Assembly (NCBI GenBank): GCA_002189035.1
Contig: NEEC01000012.1
Location: 2,108,001-2,172,000, forward strand
Direction of reading: 5' to 3'
DNA from: Utricularia gibba
Taxonomy: Eukaryota > Plantae > Magnoliophyta
Length of the DNA stretch: 64,000 nucleotides
A program made the position numbers and the translations under genes. A model generated the notes under the pieces. The model was not told where the DNA came from, made no database searches, and worked only from the letters and a program-made list of their open reading frames with translations. Numbering within the stretch: position 1 is the stretch's first letter; the number at the start of each line of letters is the position of its first letter. This document shows positions 1-9,690 of the stretch, piece by piece.

Positions 1-557
1 ACATGTCTCTTCTGCATTTTGTTAGTTTGATATTAAAATTCATTTCATGAACAAGGTTTTGAACTTGCAATTCGATGAAAACTGAAGATTGGATTTTTTA
101 CACAGATAATGTGAATAATTCTGATATTTTGTTGCTGTCTGAAAGTTTATGGGCTGTGAAGTAACGATAAGCATGCTCGGATCAGTATAAGCAGATCTTG
201 TTTCTTATCTTTAACTTTTAATGATCCACTTGCAAACTCTGTGAAACATTATTGTAGTTGCTGATTGTTCTGTGTGTTTCTCTTTGAGATAGCATTTCAT
301 ATTTCATCAATTTCTGTTGCTTTCAGATTATCTTTAAAATATATATAAGTTGATGTAATTAAAACTAGCAGGGTGTCTGGAAATGCCAATCCTTTAGGTG
401 GGGTTTGAGTTACATTTTACCTTATGCATCATTGAAGAAGCGTTTGAGAGTGCTAGTGTTTGATATTGCATTTGGTCCTGATATCCAGGCTTGTCTCCAA
501 GATCTATCTCTCCTAGTTGCACTTTCTGTGTTGCTCTTTTTGCATTCTTCTGAAGCA

Positions 558-578
558 ATGGTCCATTTTGGCAGCTGA
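558..578 (+). promoter_or_regulatory. Short uORF (MVHFGS*) 15 nt upstream of the ALP1-like start codon
   Basis: ATG GTC CAT TTT GGC AGC TGA at 558-578. Whether it is in the mature mRNA is not demonstrable here. Confidence 0.4.
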
Positions 579-593
579 CAGGGTTTTGAACTC

Positions 594-2039
594 ATGGGGC
601 CTATCAGGAATAACAAGAAAAGGAAAATGGAGAAGAAAGTGGATGATAATTCTCTAGTTTCCGGGTCCTCGGAGGAGGATTTTACACAGTGGTGGGAAAC
701 TCTTTCAAAAACAGTTGCAGGTAATACATAAAATGTCTGTTTGCATGACAGCTCTGTACATGGCAGTCATCTATATCCATGTTCCTACTTATCCTGTTAT
801 GCCTCTGTTCTGTGATGGCTGCATTCCTGATCTGGAAAAATGAACAGGTTAGAATAGTATGGTTGCTTCTGTCTCGTTTTCCACATCAGTTGCATTTTCT
901 CCTTGCTCTAGCGGCTGCATGAGAAATGGATCCGAGTTGCATTCTGTCTTCCCCATTTACCTGAACTTCACTGCTCTGAAGTTCATTTCTTGCATTCTTG
1001 CAGGCGATCCATCGTGTTCACGGCCATTGGACCAGTTCAAAAACACCTTCCGGATGTCGAAAAAATGCTTCGATTACATCTGCTCACTGGTGAGGGATCA
1101 CATGATGGTTAAGACACACTTTGCCTTCTCAAACGGGAAGCTCATGTCACTGTATGATCAAGTGGCTTTAGCTCTCACACGCCTTGCTTCTGGTAACTCA
1201 TTGATCTCGATCGGCGACTCGTTCGGCGCGCACCATTCGACGGTGTCGCAGATCACTTGGCGCTTCGTTGAAGGCATAGAAGAGAACGGCCTCCGCCACC
1301 TCCAGTGGCCGTCATCGGAGCATGAAATGAGCAGAATAAAGCAGAAGTTTGAGAAAATCAGGGGCTTCCCAACTGCTGTGGTGCAATAGACACTACTCAT
1401 GTAACGATGCTGCTGACCTCTTCAGACCAAGAATCTGAAACCTGGCTGGATGAGATGCAGAACCACAGCATGATACTGCAGGCCATCGTTGGCCCTGATA
1501 TGAGATTCCTGAGTGTTGTCACTGGCTGGCCGGGAAAACTGAACGACTCCTCCGTCCTGCAGAACTCCAACTTCTTCAAACTCTGCGAAAACAGGCGGAA
1601 GCTCGACGGCCGGAAGATGCATCTGTCCCAGGAAACAGAGCTGGGAGAGTACATAATCGGGGACTCAGGGTTCCCACTCCTGCCATGGCTCCTCACCCCA
1701 TACCAAGGCAAGGATCTCTCCGAAAACGAAGCAGAATTCAACAAGAGGCTCCTCGCAACTCATGCCGTCTCCCAGAAAGCTCTAGTGAGGCTCAAGGACG
1801 TGTGGAGGATGATCCATGGCGAAATGTGGCGACCAGACAAGCATAAGCTTCCCAGATTCATCCTCGTCTGCTGCATTCTTCACAACATCGTCATCGAAAT
1901 GGATGGCGGAGATGACTTTCTCCCAGCACAGCAGCAGCAGCCGCAGCATGATCCTGGATACAGACAACAAGTGTGTGAAACCGTTGATAAAGCTGCGTTG
2001 CTTGTGAGGGACAAGCTGTGTATGTATTTTTCAGGATAA
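594..2039 (+). CDS. ALP1-like / HARBI1-family domesticated Harbinger transposase, copy 1 (exons 594-720, 1004-2039; apparent -1 frameshift at G-run 1361-1364)
   Basis: MGPIRNNKKRK...WWETLSK first exon, GT-AG intron, then F+MSKK-FDYIC, GAIDTTH, GDSGFPLLPWLLTPY and VCCILHN motifs. Resembles the Arabidopsis At3g55350-type ALP1-like clade (from memory). The run is G4 here and G5 in copy 2; restoring one G gives 387 aa. Confidence 0.88.
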
Positions 2040-2314
2040 TGCAGCTCCCCACATCACAGTTCGAACATGGTTTTCAAAATTTTTACCAACAAATATTCGT
2101 TTTTTTTCAAAACGGTCGGGTCACCAGATGGTATGAACAAGAAAAATAGGAATTTTCAAATTTCAGATTATATTTAAAAGCCGAAATTTCAAAAACATAA
2201 GAAAATAATCTATAGTTTTTTATTTTTAAATATATTTATCCGTAATTACAAAATTTGAATATTACTTATTCTATATAATTTTTCAAAATATTTAATGGAT
2301 TGATTATTCATGCA

Positions 2315-2654
2315 TAGAGTTGTACATGGATACTTGTCAACTCAAATATTTGTCGAGTTAACTTGTCATAAGTCTGACTCATTACCTCTAATCATAAAAA
2401 ATGGATATGGGATGGATTCATAATATACGAGTATGGATAGACTCGACGAATTAGACAAATTAGGCTGGAAATATAGTTAAACAACAAAAAAATGTATTTT
2501 TTTTATTAAATGAGTTGGATAATTCAATCAATTGATCAAGAACTTATGAATTAAATTTAATTTATGTTAGTATATATAAATTATATAGTGATCCGGATCA
2601 ACATGTTAGACCCATTGATCCGTATTTACCAAATCGAACTTATGCCCATCTCTA
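2315..2654. mobile_element. Degenerate non-autonomous DNA transposon (MITE), TAGAG(A/T)TG...CATCTCTA ends, 9-bp TSD
   Basis: Ends TAGAGTTG / CATCTCTA. Flanks ATTCATGCA (2306-2314) and ATTCATACA (2655-2663). Orthologous copy at 15972-16361. Confidence 0.6.
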
Positions 2655-2671
2655 ATTCATACATATTAATT

Positions 2672-5600
2672 TTTGGGCCCGAGGCCCAATACCATGTCAC
2701 TTAATTGTCGTTGCATCAAGTCCTAATGACCGAAAATCAGGGAATCAAGTTTCTCCTTCACTCGCTCTCACTTTTCGCAATCGAACATGGCGATCAAGCG
2801 AGGTTTACGTTTTTAAATTCTTCTGCATCTGATATTGAGGTTTTTTTGTTTGAATTTTTTTTCTATGATCTTGGGGCATGGATTATTTTGTTTTCCATTT
2901 TGTTAATTGTGATTGCTAATTTTTTATCGTCGTGTGAGGTCCTGTCGCATGCCAAGACGGCACCTGTGTCCCCTACGTCCGACGAAAAAGAAGTGAAACA
3001 TTTCCTGTTGTTATGATATCCAGTGTTATAATTTTGTTTCCGACATGTTTATCGGAGGAAGTGGGTCAGGCGAATTGCGACCCATGTCGCACACCAAGAG
3101 TATCTCCAAGGGCTGTATCTGTTGGGTGCTGAAATGTTTCCAGCAAGTTGGAAGTATAATTGTGTCGGGCCTGTGCTGTTGCTTGGTGAACCTAATGGTC
3201 ATGCGGTCTAGACAGGAGGCAGTTGAACCGAATCAGTTGTGGTATTGATATAGCAACGCCTGTGAGATCACTAGAAAGGGTGGGTGGGGATGGAAATTAT
3301 GTCTGAGTATAACCTCTGGTATTTTTCTGTGCAAGTTTTGCAGGTGTATGTGCAGTGTCACATACCAGAGGTTTGTATCTGTTTGGTGTTGAGGGAGAGT
3401 ATTGCACCTGGTTGCATACTCACAGTGAATTTCTTGAGAAATCTCAAGCTCATGAACTTTCCAATTTTCTTGATTTCACCTAGTAAATCTTTGCAGATGT
3501 TTGCTACATACTATACACACATTACACTTGTCTAAACACTACCATGTTTACACACCAGAAGGGCACAGGCGCCTTGGTCTCCAAGGACTTCAGCCATAAG
3601 GAATGCTCCCCTTTCCTCCTGAGATCGCATGCAACTCTTCCTAAGGAAGAGAGGTTGGTAAATCACACATCAAGATTGCAAATTTTACAGTTATGATTAA
3701 TCTCTTATATTTCAATATTGGATCCAAAATGTTACCCAAAATTCATACCAATGATATATAAATCTACTCCGCCCTCACCCCATTGATTCAATTCGTAAAG
3801 AATATTGTGTTTTTACAACTATTTTAAGAAATTATACCAAAAATATGCTGCAGCGAGGTGATTTGATTTGTACTGTAGGGGGACAGACAAAATTTACACA
3901 TGCCAAAATGAAATTAAAAAAAAACGTTTCACATGGTTTGTAAATAAAATTAGTTTAAAATTATACAACTCTTCTTATATTATAGCATTTAATATATTAT
4001 ATTATTATATAAAATATTATGATATAAATATGCTTTCAATATAAATTAAAAAATAATATAGCAAATACATCATTAAGTAAATTAATATATATTCAACATA
4101 CATCTAATTTCTAAAATGGATAACATTTGAGTGTATAAATGAAAGTGGTTGGATGCGACGTTTTACCGAACGGCCGGAAAAGGCCTCCCATCGACCCTCA
4201 TAAAAAACTTACCACTTGTGAATTCGGACACGTACACTTCATTACAATTAAATAAACCACAAATCCTTGTCAATGATTCATGTCTACCTTGTCCACATGC
4301 GACTTGTCCATTATTGCAATTATTTCAAATAAAATTTGTTTTTAATTGTCACACACACACAAAAATAAAATAAAATAAAAAACAGGGCGTACGCCACAGC
4401 CACTGATTACAACTCATTTTGTTGCACTAAAGTCCATCTTGCTTTTTTATCACAATAAAAATTTATCATTAGGATGAGTAAAATTATTACGATGAAATTG
4501 CGTCAAAAAATCCTGATATTTAATATTTTTATTGTTTTTAATATGAATAATGTATTTCATCCCAATTGATAAAATAGATCTTTGAAATATTGTGTATCGG
4601 GTATAATTAATTTCTAAATTTTTTGTCTTTAGTCATCACTGTTTGAATCCGAACATAACTAACCCCAATTATTCAATAAATTAAATTAAAATTAGTTGAG
4701 AACCAATTTTATCAAAATTTTAAAATAATTTAGGACTATTTATGTCGACTATTTCAAATATTGAAGACTAATTATATTAAAATAATAGATATTAAATTAT
4801 TTGAGACCAAATTTCTAAATCAAGAAGATCAATTTTTTAGTATTTTGAAATATTAAGGATTAATTATACTAAATTTTTAAATAATGGAAATAATAGTAAA
4901 GATAATTGTGTAAATTTTACAAATATTGGATATCAATGGATAACCCAAGTTATTACACATGAAAAGATGATCGATTAATTTTCTAAATTTCTTTCATTAT
5001 CATGAATACACTAATCAATATTAAGTTGAGCGCTAATTTGATATAAATTCCCACCATAGTCATTAATTAGAGTTTGTGTCATTATCATGATTACACTAAT
5101 CAATGTTAGTTGGGTTTTAAAACATTAATCATTCATTCTTAATTTTATGTGGGTTATGTTACAACCCCCAATCTCTATCTCCTCCTTTCAATTAAAATTA
5201 TATAGAAAATATTAGTTGGTATATTAAAATTTCACGTTTACTAAATGAGAAGAGATTTATTAAGGATTCGGATTTACCTAGTGTTTATATATCCTAATTC
5301 TACTTTAATATTTTTATGTTTCACTACTTCACTTTTTATTTATAATGTATAATGCAATTCTTCAAATAAAAAGTACTTGATCAATCAGATATTAAGTTTA
5401 AAATGAAGCAATCTTTTAAAGAAATAAAATTAGTCCGCAATGAATCAATATCTTTGCAATCCAATCTATAGAAATGATGTCATGCTTACAAAACAAAAAT
5501 AAAATGAAGGTGATAAATTATATTAAATACTATAATCAAATCTTGATTATTCTAAAATTTTTCTAAAACTCAAAGTAATAATATTATTCTTAAAATACAT

Positions 5601-6356
5601 TGCAACTATAATATTTATTAACTAGAATACTACTCTTCTCATATAGGTAGTGAGATAAATCTATTTAAAAGAAAATAATTATAATAAAAAATAGAAATTA
5701 TGGCTCAATTTTACTTTTTTTGGTCCATTATAAATAGATTGAACTCAATAGTATTCAAAGGCCAAATGAAATAAACGCCTCATATTCGAGAAAAAAATAC
5801 CTGGTGCATTACTCAAAATCTAATTTTTCAATAGATCAAACTTGATTCCTTAGTTACATGACCCGAAGATCTATGATATTACATCGTAGATCGAGGGTTT
5901 CAAATTCCTCAATACTTGAGTCTCATGTTTGTATATGTGGATTTAAAACAAGTTAATAAAATAATATATTATACATATAAGAGTATATTAGAGAATTCAT
6001 TTTTATATGTGGAATCTATACATAAACAATTCTAACAAACATATAAAATTGATAATTCTATATAATTGAACCCTATCTCCAAACATATATCTCATTCTAA
6101 ACCATTGTTTACATGATACAATAAAACTAAAATAATCTAAACCATTTTTATTTAAATCTACCTAACAAACATGGCCTAAGAATCTTATGATTCTTTAATA
6201 TTATTCATCTAGTGATGAGATCAAGTAAAATTAAAAAGTATCACTAGTCTTATTTGTGTGATCCTCATTCTCATTATCTTTTCTATCCGTATTCTCATTA
6301 TCCCTATTACAATATGAATAACATATTCAAATTGGACAAGCAAACACACAAAGTAT
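2672..6356. repeat. Block X, copy A (triplicated unannotated segment)
   Basis: Aligns by eye to 9691-12862 and about 16376-20160. Starts with paired site-II motifs TGGGCC/GGCCCA (2674-2688). Confidence 0.9.
5920..6176. mobile_element. Probable Tourist/PIF-Harbinger-like MITE, degenerate, present only in copy A
   Basis: Right end CAAACATGGCC followed by TAA; left end GTCTCATGTTTG. The segment is absent from X copies B and C. Confidence 0.4.
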
Positions 6357-7259
6357 CCATTGAATTAATAAAATTAGATATAAAAAAGAATCATTTATAA
6401 AATTTTCATCTATTGTTCTTATCTCAAACACTCCATCAAACGCTTTTTTTAATGGCAAGATTTTCATTAGTCTTTAAATAATATGTACAAATGAAAATGA
6501 TATGTTTAAAAAAAGAAAAATAAAAATGAAAGATTGTGAATGTGGATAATAATAGGAATTTTGTCTCAATGGTAAAAAATGGTTCAAATAATCGTATCAT
6601 TTACAAAAATGGCCACTTATACATCTTATCTCATATATTAAATTAAAAAATTTATATCATAAATAACCAATTCTTTCGCACAATATTTGAGATGAAACTT
6701 TTAATTCATTCTCAAATAATCACCTATATATGCACGTGTATTTCCCTTCATCAATTTTTGCATTCAATGAAACAATTATAATTGAACTGGTGTTATAAGA
6801 ATATTCATCTCCAAACACTAAATCAAATGCTAGTATAATGTTTCATGATTTCGTATTTATTATTAAAATAGGATTTAGAGGTAACATTAACGCATTAAAA
6901 CCATGACGTTGAGACAGCTGGACAACATAGGGGCAGATGGGAGTTAGAGGCTTTCCCATTAGCATTTAAAGTCAAATCGTGATGCATGCGCGCCAACACC
7001 TAACTACCTCCGTCTGTTGACTTTTTTTCTTTTTCTTTTTATTTACAAAAATAAGTGAAAACAAATTTTCATTTTTTTTTAATTTAAGCCGTTAATTTAT
7101 TTCACTATTTTCAAAATTAGTCAACAAATAGTAACAAGATAGGCTCTTTTCCTTATTATTTCGGTGATAATTTCGATTTATTGTTTTTATATTCTTTTTC
7201 TTTTTGGAAAAATATTGAGTCATTTTTATTTGAATTTTTCAAATGAGATCGATTGATGT

Positions 7260-7274
7260 GGGGGGGGGGGGGGG
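7260..7274 (+). repeat. Poly-G run (15 nt)
   Basis: G15 here versus G6 at the paralogous position near 21437. Confidence 0.85.
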
Positions 7275-7888
7275 ATAAAGAACTGGTCACAAATGTAGAC
7301 AATAATTCCAATTAAAATTGAGTTGAGGGCAAGAGATCCAAATATAAGATTGAAAAAATTACGTAGATAATCCATATTATTTTCTTAAATAACATACTAT
7401 TTTTAGTGTGTGATAAAACTAATCGTCGTATCTGTAAAAAGTTAATATTAATATGTGAGAGAGAAAGTCACCATGGTTAATTTTCTAAATGGTCCCATAA
7501 TTTATACTCAACAAATTATATTTATTTCTATTCAAATAGTGGGGATTACAAATATTGAAAAATAATGTTAAATTTTAAAAATTAAATATATTTATTGTAT
7601 TAAATAGTGAAAATTAATTATATGAACGAATATAAAGGTATAATTTTGATAAATAGTAAGAATGTTTGGCGCATTATTTTTGGAATAATGTGAAAATATA
7701 ATATAAATTATTGGGATTTATTATTCGGTTTTATGGCGCATCCGTAGCTCCATCGTGGACACTGTCGCTGCTTACAAATAAGCGCTCTTCAAACTTGCAT
7801 TTGCGTACCTCACGGCGGTGTTGGTCGTCTTCTACTTCTACCGCCGTCTCCTTCTTCTTCTTCTTCTGGGGAAAAGAAGATCGTGAAC

Positions 7889-9501
7889 ATGGAGTTTCCA
7901 ATTGTTTTCGTTTACTCCATCGCTGCACTGCCCTTGCTTTATCTTGTATACAGATACTTCCACCGGAAAAGCGGTCGGAATTGTTACATACTTGACTACG
8001 AATGTCACAAACCGACGCCGGACAGGAAAGTGAGCTCCAAATTCTCGGGGGAAGTGATCCGCCGGAATAAACATCTCGGCATATACGAGTACAAATTCCT
8101 GTTGAAAGCTATCGTTAGCTCCGGCATCGGCGAAGAGACGTACTCGCCGCGGATGATGTTCGAGGGACGGGAGGCATCGGCGGAACTCGCCGACGCGTTA
8201 TGGGAGATGGACGAGTTCTTCCTGGACAGTATCGGGAAACTGTTAGACCGTACCGGGATCCCGGCGGCGGAAATCGACGTCTTGGTTGTTAACATCTCAA
8301 TGCTGGCGGTGATGCCATCGTTATCGGCAAGGATAATCAATTTCTACAAAATGAGACACGATGTGAAGGTGTATAATCTCACTGGAATGGGATGCAGCGC
8401 GAGCTTAATCTCGATTAACCTCGTGGAGAGCATTTTCAAGAATTTGGAAAACGTGAATGCTCTGATCGTGGCCTCTGAATCCCTATCCCTGGGATGGTAC
8501 TCCGGCTGCGACAGATCCATGCTTCTGTGTAACTGCCTTTTCCGATCCGGCGGATGCGCGATTCTTCTGACGAACAAACCGTCTCTCAAATCGAAAGCTA
8601 TGTTCAAATTGAGAAACCTAGTCAGAACTCACCACGGCGCCAGAGACGAATCCTACAATTGCTGCTTGCAATGCGAGGACGATAATGGAGCCACCGGATT
8701 TCATCTCGGAAAAGATCTTCCCAATGCGGCGACCAGAGCTTTCATCCACAATCTCAAAGAAATGGCCCCCAAAATCCTTCCCATCTCCGAACTAGTCCGT
8801 TTCATCCTCCTCCGATTACTCCACAAACGCAACAGCTGCGCCCCCAAACCCAAAATCAACTTCAAAACCGGAGTCGACCACTTCTGCCTCCATACTGGAG
8901 GAAAAGCCGTCATCGACGCCGTCGCCGAGAACCTATCCTTGACGGAATCCGACGTCGAACCCGCTCGAATGACGCTTCACAGGTTCGACAACATTCGGAT
9001 CCCATTTACAAGTGCTTATACTTCTATTTGTCGGTAAACCGGTTTGCAAAATAAAAAAAAAAAACCGCGAGATGATCATTTCATGGGTTCACCGCCGGCA
9101 ACTCACTCGTCGGAAGTTACTTGGATTACAGGTTCGGGAACACATCCGCCAGTAGCCTGTGGTACGTCCTCTCCTACATGCAAGCCAAAAAGAGGCTGAA
9201 AAAAGGCGACACGGTGCTGATGATCAGCTTCGGAGCTGGGTTCAAGTGCAACAGCTGTGCCTGGGAGGTGGTTCGGGATCTGGATGGGGAGAACACCGTC
9301 TGGAAAGAGTTCATAGACGAGTACCCGAAGCATGACCTGGGTGTCAACAACGCCTTCATTAGGAAATATGGGTGGATCAAGGATGAGGATCCGGATAGCT
9401 TCTGGTTCCCGGATGACATTGAGATCCCTGAGGATGACCAAGAAATCCCTGCGATCGTGGAGCACATCAAATCCTTGAGATCCAAAGCAAATCACCTGTA
9501 A
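7889..9501 (+). CDS. KCS: 3-ketoacyl-CoA synthase (FAE1-type, KCS3/12/19-like), copy 1; exons 7889-8982, 9132-9501; 487 aa
   Basis: N-terminal TM helix, GMGCSAS (catalytic Cys), [12 protein letters not shown] (His), [12 protein letters not shown] across the splice junction (Asn), GAGFKCNS. 149-nt GT-AG intron. Confidence 0.92.
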
Positions 9502-9690
9502 GGTTTGTATGCTGACCTATGTACTTGTATATGTTGATTGTGGTTGGGCATTGGATGCAGTTGTTTCGGCAAGAACAAACTCTCTGCATTTGAAAAGAAG
9601 TACGAATGAATTTGCAAAACACAAAGTGGGAGGCCAAGATCTCGCATTTAGAATCTACTGGAAGCAATACGAGCCAGGATTAGATAGGTC

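Larger units (their letters stand above)
505..9680. repeat. Segmental duplication unit 1 (ALP1-like - MITE - block X - KCS)
   Basis: Collinear with about 12918-23891. Shared sequence ends at GAGCCAGGAT (9680 / 23891). Identity is uneven: near-identical in the ALP1-like CDS and KCS 3' half, clearly lower in intergenic parts. Confidence 0.93.

Noticed and set aside
3311-3373. Block X hairpin as a miRNA precursor
   Set aside because: The 12-bp stem is interrupted by a 4x6 internal loop, too large for a 21-nt miRNA/miRNA* duplex.
8005-9495. Antisense and alternate-frame ORFs over KCS (likewise over ALP1-like, STIG1-like, TET and CNGC)
   Set aside because: Shadow ORFs of real coding sequence; duplicated only because the host gene is duplicated.
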